DNA of 64,000 bases from Alphaproteobacteria bacterium (GCA_965200495.1 CBDAUG010000002.1:198623-262622), one strand, 5' to 3'; counted from the first letter of the stretch, positions 1-9,457 are shown. Numbers and translations: made by a program. Notes: generated by a model from the sequence alone, not told the origin.

Positions 1-1129
1 GAATGGCAATGTCTATGCCAATCCAGCGGCGGTCCAGCCTGTGCGCGGCCTCAATGGTTGTCGCGCAGCCGCAAAACGGATCCAGCACCACGTCGCCGGG
101 GTTGCTACTGGCGCGGATGATGCGCTCCAAAAGCAATCTCGGCTTTTGAGTGTCGTAACCCAATCTCTCCTCTGCCGATGCGGGCTTTATGTCCAGCCAA
201 AGATTGGGCACAGATTGAGTCGGTTTTTCGCCCTGATCCCCAAGATAACGCTTGAGGCGAGGCGTTCCGTTTCTCGTCCAGTAGATCAGGCCGACTTCAT
301 CAAGAGCATGGCACCGCTCAAGTTGATTCATGGTGTTATAGGAAGGCCCGATCTTATGCCTGGCCCATGACGGAAGCCTCCCCGTTGCAGGGGGGGCCCA
401 TGCACGACCGGCGGGGGGGAGTTTGCCATTGAACGGCCTGTATGCGTCCGGTCCTCCAGCTTTTCCCCCGGTCAAATCAGTGCTTGTGAAACGACCGCTG
501 TCGTCTTTCTTGTCGTACAATTCGTCGATCTGAGTGTCAGACATTGGAACCGTGTCGCCATTGAAGGTGTAAAGGTCGCCTCTTGTGTAGAAGAAGATGG
601 TGTCAGTGATCGCTTCGTATTTCCTCCTGCCCAATGGGTGAGCATTTGTGCGACGCCAAGTAATCTCGTTCCTGAAGTTCTCATGCCCAAAAATCCCATC
701 CATCATCACCTTGATGTAGTGGCTGGCGGTCGGGTCGCAGTGAAGATAAATGCTGCCGGTCTTCTTCAGGATGCCGCGCATGGGGAGAAGACGTTGCGTC
801 ATGTAGATCAGATAGGCCAGCACCCGCGGGTTGGTGTGCCGCAACGCATTCATCCAGTGCTTCCAGAACTCCGCAACCTGATCGTCAACCCCCGCTTCGC
901 GCATGAGGACTGGCATCGTTCGAGCGGCCCTCTCTGTCTCGTCGTCGAGCGTCCAGGTGTCGCAGAAAGCCTCGATCTGGTCCGGCAAGGGCTGACCCGT
1001 CTCGGTCTTGTAAATCGCGTTGTAATCACGCTGTGAGTTGAACGGTGGATCGAGATAGATCAGATCGACGCTGCCGAGCGCCATGTCCTGCATGATGGTC
1101 AGGCAGTCGCCGTAGTAGAGTCGGTTCAT
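1..1129 (-). CDS. beta-class (N6-adenine/N4-cytosine type) DNA methyltransferase; the 3' end runs off the window
   Basis: My own translation of the minus frame from ATG 1129..1127 gives MNRLYYGDCLTIMQDM..SVDLIYLDPPF (motif IV, DPPF, near the N-terminus). Near the window edge it reads VVLDPFCGCATTIEAAHRLDRRWIGIDIAI (AdoMet motif I). The order IV then I is typical of beta-class N6_N4 methylases. The ORF is absent from the track because it has no stop inside the window. Its ATG overlaps the stop of the upstream ORF (ATGA at 1126-1129). Confidence 0.85.
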   Translation of the reverse strand, partial: MNRLYYGDCLTIMQDMALGSVDLIYLDPPFNSQRDYNAIYKTETGQPLPDQIEAFCDTWTLDDETERAARTMPVLMREAGVDDQVAEFWKHWMNALRHTNPRVLAYLIYMTQRLLPMRGILKKTGSIYLHCDPTASHYIKVMMDGIFGHENFRNEITWRRTNAHPLGRRKYEAITDTIFFYTRGDLYTFNGDTVPMSDTQIDELYDKKDDSGRFTSTDLTGGKAGGPDAYRPFNGKLPPAGRAWAPPATGRLPSWARHKIGPSYNTMNQLERCHALDEVGLIYWTRNGTPRLKRYLGDQGEKPTQSVPNLWLDIKPASAEERLGYDTQKPRLLLERIIRASSNPGDVVLDPFCGCATTIEAAHRLDRRWIGIDIAI

Positions 1130-1377
1130 AGCCAACTCCCCCACACTCGACAGGCGAGGTACAACCCGAGAACCCACACGGTGGTTCCCAAAAATACGAC
1201 CAGCCAAGGATGATCGTCGCCGACAATCCCAACCGCGCCAGCCACGCAAAATGCGGTCCACATCCATCCAGCGGGGATTACCAGAGCTGCACGGCGGCGC
1301 TGTTTCCGAAGTTCGTGCTTATACGCCCTTCGGGCTTCGTCAAACGCCTTCTCCACCAAACCGCCGTCACCAGTCAT
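1126..1377 (-). CDS. small hypothetical protein (83 aa) with two predicted transmembrane helices
   Basis: Internal ATG (1377..1375) of tracked ORF 1126..1503. Product: MTGDGGLVEKAFDEARRAYKHELRKQRRR then hydrophobic AALVIPAGWMWTAFCVAGAVGIV and WLVVFLGTTVWVLGLYLA. ATGA overlaps occur at both ends, with the transposase-like stop at 1374 and the methyltransferase start at 1129. I recognise no family. Confidence 0.45.
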   Translation of the reverse strand: MTGDGGLVEKAFDEARRAYKHELRKQRRRAALVIPAGWMWTAFCVAGAVGIVGDDHPWLVVFLGTTVWVLGLYLACRVWGSWL

Positions 1378-2252
1378 GCGAGTGCTTTCCGCATGAAGAT
1401 GTCGAAACCGTCTCCAGACTTGCGGTGATTGTATTTCCACACCGCCTCGGCGACGAACAGAGGCATCCAGTGGCGTGTGTAGTGATGATGCGTCCCGTAC
1501 CAAGCACGCTTCAGGAGCGCCCAGAAACCCTCAATGGTGTTGCTGTGAACCATGCCCTCGACGTAGGCGCGGGAATGATTGATGACGGAATGCTGATAGT
1601 CGGCCCTGGCCGCGTTGTAGCCCTTCCACTCGTCGGTGATCAGGAGCGTTCCGAGAGGGTCAACGGTGTCATTGAGGAAACGGACAAGTGCCTGGCCGGA
1701 GACACTGCCGGTGATGCGGGCCGCAACATTGCCGCCACGCTCAACGGCACCCACGACCGGCACCTTCTTCGTGCCACGGCCACGCGGGGCACCGGAGCCA
1801 TCATCATCGCGCTTGTTTCCCTTGCGAGGCTTACCGCCGACATAGGTTTCGTCTGCCTCCACGATACCTTGAAGCATCGGAGCTTGATCGTCGGCCATGG
1901 CCGCACGGATGCGATGCTGCATGTACCAGGCGGACTTCTGGTTCATGTAGAGATCACGAGCCAGCTGTGGGCTTGACACGCTTTTCTTGGCGTTGACCAT
2001 GATGCCAACAGCCATGAACCACTTCTGGAGAGGAATCTTGGTCTTCTCGAAGATGGTGCCGGACAGCACGTTGAAGCTGGCGTGGCAGTCATGACAGTTC
2101 CACCGGCCCACGCGGTGTCCGTCGGCCTTGCGGGCCACGCGGCTACTCCCGCAGTGCGGGCAATGCGGATCGTCGTTCCACCGCACCCGCTCCATGTGTT
2201 CGATGCAGGCTTCCTGATCGGGAAAACGCTGGAAGATGGTCATCAAGTTCAT
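1374..2252 (-). CDS. IS1595-family (ISXO2-like DDE) transposase-like protein with an N-terminal zinc ribbon
   Basis: 292 aa. Zn-ribbon CPHCGS..(17)..CHDCH. DDE-region blocks VEADETYVGG, LITDEWKGY and HSNTIEGFWALLKR. ATG at 2252 is preceded by GGGGGGAA. I could not find a terminal inverted repeat downstream of the stop. Confidence 0.85.
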   Translation of the reverse strand: MNLMTIFQRFPDQEACIEHMERVRWNDDPHCPHCGSSRVARKADGHRVGRWNCHDCHASFNVLSGTIFEKTKIPLQKWFMAVGIMVNAKKSVSSPQLARDLYMNQKSAWYMQHRIRAAMADDQAPMLQGIVEADETYVGGKPRKGNKRDDDGSGAPRGRGTKKVPVVGAVERGGNVAARITGSVSGQALVRFLNDTVDPLGTLLITDEWKGYNAARADYQHSVINHSRAYVEGMVHSNTIEGFWALLKRAWYGTHHHYTRHWMPLFVAEAVWKYNHRKSGDGFDIFMRKALA

Positions 2253-2425
2253 GTCGATTCCCCCCGTTGTCCTGAATCTAGGGAATCAGGTGGGACCTGT
2301 CAAGCCCCTAACTACTATTTCCGAATAATATTAATATTTCATGTATCGAGTGTACAAGTAGGATACCCGCCTATCCGCCCGGGGCCGAAAATCAGCCCGT
2401 CGTTCCACCTGGTGAGCGATGCGGG

Positions 2426-4807
2426 TTAGGCGCCCTCGCCTGCGTGCAGGGCGTCGAGCGCGGTGACAACGTTTTCAGGCGTCATGGGCATGTCGACCCA
2501 GGTGCCGATGGCATTGTAAACGGCCTGGGCGATCGCAGGTCCGGATGCGGCCGCCGGCGCTTCCCCGGCGCTGCGAGCGCCAAAGGGTCCGACCGGATCA
2601 TAGGAATCACCGTAGATCACGTCGCCACGCAGCGGGAAATCGGCGGCCCGCAGGAGCTTGTAGTCGAGAAGATTGGCATTGAGAATCCGACCGTCGTCAT
2701 CAAACGCCAGCGCTTCGTAGATGGCAAACCCTGCCCCGCAGATGGCGCCGCCGATCATCTGATTCTTCATCACCTGGGGATTCATGACCGTGCCGCTGTC
2801 CTGGGTCGCGAGGAAGTCAAGCAATCTGATCTCTCCGGTCTCGACATCGACCTCGACATCCGCAAAGTGTGCAGCGAAGTGCCTGGCGAACGTGCTGGCA
2901 GGGGGCATGGGACCCTGCGGCCTGCCGGTAATCGACGACGCCTGACCCAGCGCGTCAGTGCCACGGAAGTGGTTGAGCGCCTCCTCAACCGTCACGCGGA
3001 TGTTCTGCTTGTTGGGGTCCCTCGAGGAGATGACCCCATCGGCCACATCGAGTTCCTGGCAGGGGGAGTCGAAGAACTCTCTGCCGGCAATCTCCAGCAA
3101 CTGGCGCTTCGCGTCATGGGCTGCTGCGCGTGTCGCCCAACCGACACGGTACATGGTGTTGCTGGCCAGAGAGCCATGACTCCAGGGACAGGAATCGGTG
3201 TCTCCTGTTTCGATCTCCACCTTGTCAAACGGAATGCCGAGCTCTTCCGCAGCCACCTGGGCCTGGGTCGTCTCACTCCCCTGCCCCTGCCTGCCAACGG
3301 CACAGTGAACCTTGGCGCTTCCATCCGGATTGATGCGCACCACAGCGGAGACATTGCCTTCGAACTCGACGCCGCAGACATGGGCCCCTGTGCCAACACC
3401 GACCGCCCTGCGTCTGGGCCCGTCGACGGCATAGGGTACTCCCCAGCCCTTCCATTTCGACGGCCAGTCGAAGGCTTGCGCACCCTTGCGCAGGATTTCA
3501 TCAGTGGAACCGCTCGACAGGTGAAAGAGCCTGGGCCAGTCCTGCCTCTGTTCTTCGGGAATGCCATCGAGATACTGCTCAAGCGATCCCTTCATGTACT
3601 GTCGGCTGTGCTGCATGCGGAGGCGTTCACCAGGCTTGATCTGGTTCTTGAGACGGAATTCCACCGGGTCCATGCCGAGACGGATGGCGCACATGTCGGC
3701 CACCCTTTCCACGACCGAACCCAGGGTGACATCACCGACCGCACGCATGCAGCCAGCCGTCAGCAGATTCGTGTTGACCCCGTGAACTGCATAGTGTCCG
3801 TGCTCCGCACGACCCCAGTTGTCGACACAAAAGAAGCCGACGTCATCCTTGAAGCCATAACCGCCGTTATCGATAATGTGGTCGAACTCCGCCAGGGTCA
3901 GGGTGCCATCGTTGCGGCATCCCATGCGGCCTCTGGAAATCTCGATGTGCCGGCGCTTCACCGTCGCCATGCACTCCTCGTTGGAGAGTTCGATCTTGAC
4001 AGGCTTTCGCACCTTGCGGGCGAGCAGAGCCGTGATGAGCATGAAATTGGCGCTCCACCAGTTCCCGAAGGAACTGCCCGACGGCAACGCGATGACGCGG
4101 ACTCGGCTCAGGGGAATGCCGAAGGCCTCGTGAATGCCGTCACGCAATTCCGATGGTGTCTGCGATGAAGTCCACAGGGTGACGCGGTCACCGTTCCATT
4201 CAGCGATACAGGCATTGCGGCCCAGCGGTGCCATTTGCTGACTGGCAAAGCGGATCTCGGTCTCGACAATGAAGTCCGCCTCGTCAGCTCCCTTCGCGAC
4301 ATCACCCCACGCGACGACATAGGGATCACGAAGGTTGCCCTCTTCGCGCACCTGCGGCGCCTCCGGCTGCATCGCCTCTTCGGGATCGAAAACGGCATCG
4401 AGGATTTCATACTCGACGTCGATGAGTTCAATCGCCGCTTCGGCAACGTCCTCGCTGACGGCAGCCACCGCCGCCATATCGTCACCGTGAAAGCGGGCGA
4501 TTCCGTCGAGAATCCTGCCACGATAGTTGAACCAGGCGTTCTCCCAGACATTCTGGGGCGTGTCGTGATGGGTGACGACACCGAGGACACCGGGGAGTGC
4601 CTCGGCTCTGGTGGTGTCGATGGACACGATGCGCGCATGCGCATGGGGACTGCGAAGAATCTTGCCGTGGACCATGCCCTGAATTTCAAGATCGACAGCG
4701 TACTTGAGCGAACCGGTGACCTTTTCCCGGGCGTCCTTGACGGGGATGCCCTTGCCGGCGACCCTCCACGCAGAGCGATGTCCCGCTGCTTGTGTCGTTG
4801 CTGCCAT
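2426..4807 (-). CDS. xanthine dehydrogenase-family molybdopterin-binding (large) subunit
   Basis: 793 aa. N-terminus GKGIPVKDAREKVTGSLKYAVDL..GKILRSPHAHARIVSID is typical of aldehyde oxidase/XDH a/b-hammerhead plus Mo-binding domains. Last gene of an M-S-L operon. Confidence 0.9.
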   Translation of the reverse strand: MAATTQAAGHRSAWRVAGKGIPVKDAREKVTGSLKYAVDLEIQGMVHGKILRSPHAHARIVSIDTTRAEALPGVLGVVTHHDTPQNVWENAWFNYRGRILDGIARFHGDDMAAVAAVSEDVAEAAIELIDVEYEILDAVFDPEEAMQPEAPQVREEGNLRDPYVVAWGDVAKGADEADFIVETEIRFASQQMAPLGRNACIAEWNGDRVTLWTSSQTPSELRDGIHEAFGIPLSRVRVIALPSGSSFGNWWSANFMLITALLARKVRKPVKIELSNEECMATVKRRHIEISRGRMGCRNDGTLTLAEFDHIIDNGGYGFKDDVGFFCVDNWGRAEHGHYAVHGVNTNLLTAGCMRAVGDVTLGSVVERVADMCAIRLGMDPVEFRLKNQIKPGERLRMQHSRQYMKGSLEQYLDGIPEEQRQDWPRLFHLSSGSTDEILRKGAQAFDWPSKWKGWGVPYAVDGPRRRAVGVGTGAHVCGVEFEGNVSAVVRINPDGSAKVHCAVGRQGQGSETTQAQVAAEELGIPFDKVEIETGDTDSCPWSHGSLASNTMYRVGWATRAAAHDAKRQLLEIAGREFFDSPCQELDVADGVISSRDPNKQNIRVTVEEALNHFRGTDALGQASSITGRPQGPMPPASTFARHFAAHFADVEVDVETGEIRLLDFLATQDSGTVMNPQVMKNQMIGGAICGAGFAIYEALAFDDDGRILNANLLDYKLLRAADFPLRGDVIYGDSYDPVGPFGARSAGEAPAAASGPAIAQAVYNAIGTWVDMPMTPENVVTALDALHAGEGA

Positions 4808-4823
4808 GGTCCCTCTCCCCTGT

Positions 4824-5309
4824 TCAACCGGTCTTCGATCCTTGTTGCCCGTCTCTCAGCCGCGCCGCCGCATTCATGACCGACTTCACGATGTAGGGAT
4901 AAGCTCCACAACGACAAATGTTTCCGCTGATGGCCATGGCGGCCTCTTGTTCTGTCGGTTCAGGATTTTCATCAAGGAAGGCCTTGGTCGCCATGATAAA
5001 GCCCGGTGTGCAGAAAGCACACTGGAACCCCTGTTCCTCAATGAAGGCCGCCTGGATCGGATGAAGGTTGTCCTCGTTGCCAAGTCCCTCGATAGTCAGA
5101 ACTTCGCGGCCTTCAGCCTGCATGGCGAGGACAAGGCAGGATGTCACAGGCTCGCCATCCATGATCACCGTGCAGGAACCGCATTCCCCCTCGCTGCACG
5201 ACACACGCACGCCATGAAGTCCAAGACCGCGTCTCAGGAGATCACAGAGGCGTTCGTGCGGTTTCGCATCAAGGTCAAGGGACCGACCATTGACAGTCAT
5301 GCGAATCAT
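4824..5309 (-). CDS. (2Fe-2S)-binding small subunit of the molybdenum hydroxylase
   Basis: Motifs CSEGECGSC, QCAFCTPG and CRCGAY. Start chosen at ATG 5309 (MIRMTVNG), which forms an ATGA overlap with the FAD subunit stop. Confidence 0.9.
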   Translation of the reverse strand: MIRMTVNGRSLDLDAKPHERLCDLLRRGLGLHGVRVSCSEGECGSCTVIMDGEPVTSCLVLAMQAEGREVLTIEGLGNEDNLHPIQAAFIEEQGFQCAFCTPGFIMATKAFLDENPEPTEQEAAMAISGNICRCGAYPYIVKSVMNAAARLRDGQQGSKTG

Positions 5310-6187
5310 CCTTCGTCTCCTCCAAGCTGCCGCAATGCATCGGCGAGGGCCCGCCGGACGAGGACCGGGCACATCCGTGCACGATAACCGGCGCCGGCGC
5401 GCACATCCGAAATCGGTCGCGCGACCCCGGCGGCATGACCAGCGGCTTCCTCGACGTGTGTCGCACCGATGGCGCAGAGAGATCGCCCGACAAGAACGTT
5501 TTCGCCGTCCTTCACGCGAACCGGAACCGGCGCGACGGAACCCAGCGCGATGCGTGCGCGGGTGACGCTACCGGCATCGACAGTCAGCGACACCGCCGCG
5601 CTGACCAGAGCGATGTCGACAACCGTGCGGGCAACCCTGCGATAGCTTGCTTCACGGCGCGCCGAAGGCGTCGGCACGACGATGGCGCACAACAGCTCTT
5701 CTGCCTCCAGGTTCGTCGTATTCACGCCGGCAAGGAACGTCTCCATGGGAACTTCCCGCCGACCGTTTGCGCCCTGGATCAGACAACGGGACTCAAGCGC
5801 CACAAAGAGCGGCGAGAGATCGGCCCCCGGTGATGCATTGCACATGTTGCCGCCGACCGTGGCCAGAGTGCGGGTCTGTTTCGTGCACATCACACGGGCG
5901 GTATCGCCAAGCGCCTTCATGACCGGATGCATCGAGGAGGAGCGGTCAAGGTCATCGAGGGTTGCCATGGCCCCGATCCTGATTTCACCCGGCACCGCCT
6001 CGATGCCTTCGAGCTCGGCGAGATGTGTCAGATCGATGCAGTGATCGATCGTGACCTCGCCTTGGCGCCACTGCAGCATCAGGTCCGTACCGCCTGCCCA
6101 ATAGCGCGCACCCTCGCGATAAAGGGATTTCATGGCAATCGCCGCATCGATGCTGTCGGGGCGCAGGTAGTCGAATTGTCTGGGCAC
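5306..6187 (-). CDS. FAD-binding (medium, CoxM-like) subunit of the molybdenum hydroxylase
   Basis: FDYLRPDSIDAAIAM..YWAGGTDLMLQWR is a FAD_binding_5-type N-terminus. GTG 6187 is preceded by GGGAGG and gives the canonical short N-terminus. The tracked ORF extends to ATG 6223. Confidence 0.85.
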   Translation of the reverse strand: MPRQFDYLRPDSIDAAIAMKSLYREGARYWAGGTDLMLQWRQGEVTIDHCIDLTHLAELEGIEAVPGEIRIGAMATLDDLDRSSSMHPVMKALGDTARVMCTKQTRTLATVGGNMCNASPGADLSPLFVALESRCLIQGANGRREVPMETFLAGVNTTNLEAEELLCAIVVPTPSARREASYRRVARTVVDIALVSAAVSLTVDAGSVTRARIALGSVAPVPVRVKDGENVLVGRSLCAIGATHVEEAAGHAAGVARPISDVRAGAGYRARMCPVLVRRALADALRQLGGDEG

Positions 6188-6344
6188 CCGGCGCCTCCCG
6201 GATCTGACTTCAACAAGGGTCATTTCCGCACATCGGTCCGTTCAATTCAAGGCAGAGGCATGCCTTGTTGATTGGCATGCGGGGTTGTTGGTATCGTCAC
6301 GGCCACTGCCATGAGGCGTGTGCGCCCGGGGGATTGGGTCCGGC

Positions 6345-7196
6345 ATGATGAGGCTGCGAAAGCGCAATGGCGAGGACGTGAGGCAGGCCGCCCGGCGCAG
6401 TGTGTCGCTCTTTGAACTGCGCGCCGTACTCTCCGGAAGAACCACGCTCCTTCTGGGTCTGGCCGGAGCCATCGGATTCTTCCTCATCTGGGAAATCGGC
6501 CACTACCTGACCCCTGAAGAGAGTCAGCGATTCCTTCCGGCGCCCCAGGAAGTCCTGGGCGCCCTCATCACTCTTGTCGTGGAAAAGGACTACATTGCCG
6601 ACATTCTCAAGAGTTGTTTTCGCATCTTCGCCAGCTTCTTTGCAGCCTGTCTGATCGCCGTACCTCTCGGCATCATGATGGGTTGTTTCATGAGGCTGAG
6701 GGCGCTTCTCAATCCGACGATCTCCGCCTTCCGCTATCTGCCCGCTGCCTCGTTCATTCCCCTGCTCCTGGTGTGGTTCGGTCCGACCGACACGCAGAAA
6801 CTCGCCCTGTTGGTGCTCGGCGTCATCTTCTTTCTGGTGGCGCTCATCCTGGACAATACCAAGGCGGTGCAGCCGGAGCTGATCGAGGCGGCGCTCACCA
6901 TGGGCGCCGGACGGCGTCAGGTGGTGACCGAGGTCGTCGTGCCGGCCGTGGCTCCAGCCGTGGTGGATTCCATGCGCAACATGATCGCGGTAGGCTGGAC
7001 CTATCTCGTCATTGCGGAAATCGTCGCCGCATCGGACGGCATTGGCGCCGTCATGATGCGCGCCGGGAGGTTTCTCAAGGTTGACATCATCATGGCGGGA
7101 ATTCTTACCATCGGTTTCCTCGGCGTGGTGACGGACATCCTGTTCCGGCTTGCTGCCCGCTATGCCTTCCCATGGAATCGTGACCGTGGCGAGTGA
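6345..7196 (+). CDS. ABC transporter permease (NitT/TauT, sulfonate/nitrate/taurine type)
   Basis: Multi-TM protein with an EAA-like loop: LIEAALTMGAGRRQVVTEVVVPAVAP. First in-frame ATG is at 6345; the tracked ORF starts at GTG 6318. Confidence 0.85.
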   Translation: MMRLRKRNGEDVRQAARRSVSLFELRAVLSGRTTLLLGLAGAIGFFLIWEIGHYLTPEESQRFLPAPQEVLGALITLVVEKDYIADILKSCFRIFASFFAACLIAVPLGIMMGCFMRLRALLNPTISAFRYLPAASFIPLLLVWFGPTDTQKLALLVLGVIFFLVALILDNTKAVQPELIEAALTMGAGRRQVVTEVVVPAVAPAVVDSMRNMIAVGWTYLVIAEIVAASDGIGAVMMRAGRFLKVDIIMAGILTIGFLGVVTDILFRLAARYAFPWNRDRGE

Positions 7197-7983
7197 TCGG
7201 GCGCCGGTGCGCACGGCGATCAAGGCGAGCGATGTGACGCGCAAGTATGTCGGCGGCGCCTTCACCGCGGTCGACAATATCTCCATGGAACTGCGAGAGA
7301 ACGAGATTGTCTGCTTCATCGGACCGTCGGGATGCGGGAAGACGACCATGCTGCGCATGGTCGCCGGACTCGAGTACCCCACGACGGGCGATCTCACGAT
7401 CTTCGGCAAACCCATCACCGGCCCCGGTCCCGACCGGGGCATGATTTTCCAAGCCTACACATCATTCCCGTGGCTGACGGCGCGCAAGAACATCGAATAC
7501 GGCATGAAGGTCATGGGACTGTCACGGGAAGAACGCCGCAGACGATCCCAGGAATTTCTCAAGCTGGTCCATCTGGAAGGTTTCGGCGATTCCTATCCGG
7601 CGAGTCTCTCGGGAGGCATGAAACAGCGTGTGGCGATTGCCCGCACCCTGGCCCAGAACCCCGGAGTGCTGCTGATGGACGAACCCTTCGGCGCTCTCGA
7701 CGCCCAGGTACGGTGGGAAATGCAGGAAATGATGATCGAGATCATCGAACGGGAGAACACGACGGTCGTCACTGTCACCCATGACATCCAGGAAGCCATT
7801 TATTTGTCTGACCGCATTATTTTCTTTACCCGTTCACCCGGACGTATCAAGGCCGACATTCCGGTGTCATTCAAGGAAGGGCGACGTTTTCCGCGCAAGG
7901 AGGAGATGCTGGCGCTCCCAGGTTACGTTGATCTTGAACGACAGCTCTTCGCCATGATGCGCGAGGAGATCCAACAGAAATAA
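7162..7983 (+). CDS. ABC transporter ATP-binding protein (NitT/TauT type)
   Basis: Walker [10 protein letters not shown], signature LSGGMKQR, Walker B LLMDEPFGALD. Start is uncertain (TTG 7150, ATG 7162, GTG 7180 or 7186). It overlaps the permease 3' end. Confidence 0.9.
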   Translation: MPSHGIVTVASDRAPVRTAIKASDVTRKYVGGAFTAVDNISMELRENEIVCFIGPSGCGKTTMLRMVAGLEYPTTGDLTIFGKPITGPGPDRGMIFQAYTSFPWLTARKNIEYGMKVMGLSREERRRRSQEFLKLVHLEGFGDSYPASLSGGMKQRVAIARTLAQNPGVLLMDEPFGALDAQVRWEMQEMMIEIIERENTTVVTVTHDIQEAIYLSDRIIFFTRSPGRIKADIPVSFKEGRRFPRKEEMLALPGYVDLERQLFAMMREEIQQK

Positions 7984-8011
7984 AGAAACCCAGACAAGAA
8001 AGGACCATGGC

Positions 8012-9157
8012 ATGCAAGGATTACTGAAGCGCGCAACCGGACTCTTCGCCGGCGTCTTGCTGGCGGTCACGCTGACTGCCGGAAGCGCCCTGCGCGCAGC
8101 GGAGGATGTCACTGTCACGCTGATTCCTGTTTCCGTCTACGGTCCCTGGTTCATCGTCCAGGAAAAGGACATGGCTCAAGACATCAATCTTGAGGTGCAG
8201 ATCATCGAGGACATCACGGCGCGCAACGCCGGCCTCTCCACGGGTCACCTGCAGTGCATGATGACGACCATGGACTCCACCGTTGTCGCCCATGCTGCAG
8301 GCATCCCCGTCAGACATGTCGCGGTACCGCTGATGTCCTATGGATTGGACGAGATGGTGGTGGCATCCGACATCCAGTCCGTCGAGGACTTTGCAGGACG
8401 TTCGTATGCAGCCGACTACGGTTTCCTCAATCACATGTGGATGCTGCTGACCCTCAAGCGCGCTGGAATGGACTTCGATGCCGTGGAGCACAAGATCATG
8501 TTGCCGCAGGATGCCACCGCTTCCTTTGTCAGCGGGGCCCTCGATATCGATGTCAACTTCATCCCGTTCTCCACTCAGTCCCAGGAACGCGAAGATTCCT
8601 ACCTCTTCAAGAGCAGCCGCACGGACGGCACCTGGGAACGTGGCCTGATTTCGGACTCCATTGCCTGCAATACGACATGGATGAGCGAAAAGCCGGATGT
8701 GGCCAGGGAACTCCTCCGGTCGTGGTTCGAAGCCGTGAACTGGTGGAAGGAAAATCCCGAGGAAGGCAACGAGATCGTTGCCCGTGGACTGGACTGGCCG
8801 GTCGAGGATGTCGAAATCACCCAGCAGGGAACCGTGATGCTCAACATCAACCAGAATCTTGGCGCCATCGGTGTTGAGGGTGGTGTGCCCATGTGCGCCA
8901 GTATTCCTGAAGGGGCGCCGCTTCCCCCTGACGAACCCAGCAACTGGGGCGAGATGTTCGGCGGTGAGGACTGCGAGGCCGGATACCTGAGTTCGACCTG
9001 GGACATCTTCGCCTCTGTCTATCGCGAGGCCGGTGTGACCGACAACGCGCCGATGGCCGAAAACGGTATCGACAACAGCCTCCTCTTGTCGCTGGCTGCC
9101 GACGGTTTCGGCGAGATGTACACTTCCAACAAGTGGATTGGCCGTGCCGGCATGTAG
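8012..9157 (+). CDS. periplasmic substrate-binding protein (NMT1/THI5-like, NitT/TauT family)
   Basis: Signal peptide MQGLLKRATGLFAGVLLAVTLTAGSALRAAED. Position downstream of the permease and ATPase genes. RBS AAGAAAGGA. Confidence 0.8.
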   Translation: MQGLLKRATGLFAGVLLAVTLTAGSALRAAEDVTVTLIPVSVYGPWFIVQEKDMAQDINLEVQIIEDITARNAGLSTGHLQCMMTTMDSTVVAHAAGIPVRHVAVPLMSYGLDEMVVASDIQSVEDFAGRSYAADYGFLNHMWMLLTLKRAGMDFDAVEHKIMLPQDATASFVSGALDIDVNFIPFSTQSQEREDSYLFKSSRTDGTWERGLISDSIACNTTWMSEKPDVARELLRSWFEAVNWWKENPEEGNEIVARGLDWPVEDVEITQQGTVMLNINQNLGAIGVEGGVPMCASIPEGAPLPPDEPSNWGEMFGGEDCEAGYLSSTWDIFASVYREAGVTDNAPMAENGIDNSLLLSLAADGFGEMYTSNKWIGRAGM

Positions 9158-9162
9158 AATCC

Positions 9163-9199
9163 GGCGCTGCCCCGCCCGCTGCAAGGGCGGGGCAGCGCC
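9163..9199. terminator. perfect 15-bp stem / 7-nt loop GC-rich hairpin between convergent genes
   Basis: GGCGCTGCCCCGCCC-GCTGCAA-GGGCGGGGCAGCGCC begins 6 nt after the SBP stop. There is no U-tract, so it is either a bidirectional terminator or an RNA-stability element. Confidence 0.6.
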
Positions 9200-9457
9200 T
9201 CCCATGACGAGGAAGGCGAGACGTGGCCGGTCTTCTCAAGATCGACTGGATGTCCACATCGATCAAACCCGTGGCCGAAAAGACGGGATATGAGGTCCAG
9301 GAGTGAGAACCAGCGCCCTCCATGGGTGCGGTCGGCGCGTTGCTCGAGAGTCCATGATGTCAGCCGGGGTTGCGCACGCTGGCATCGTCAATCTCGCCTG
9401 CCACGGCGACCGGACAGCTGGTCGACGGCTCAATTCCCGAAGCAGGCAGGAATGCGC

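Noticed and set aside
1126-1503. The full 125-codon version of the small ORF, and inverted repeats flanking the IS1595-like gene.
   Set aside because: The upstream 42 codons lie entirely inside the transposase-like gene in another frame. Only the ATG at 1377 gives a sensible coupled start. A search by eye for the reverse complement of the 2253-2330 end within 1-1374 found nothing convincing.
2444-4168. Very long antisense or alternative-frame ORFs throughout the window. Examples are 2444-4168(+), 8021-9205(-), 13261-14418(+), 17543-18928(+), 34092-34859(-), 35733-36806(-), 43520-44698(-), 50455-52170(-), 53299-54297(+), 55389-56438(-) and 60008-61543(-).
   Set aside because: Each lies opposite to, or out of frame with, a gene that has clear family motifs. 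Their products are Arg/Gly/Pro/Ala-rich low-complexity strings, typical of stop-codon-poor shadow frames in G+C-rich DNA.
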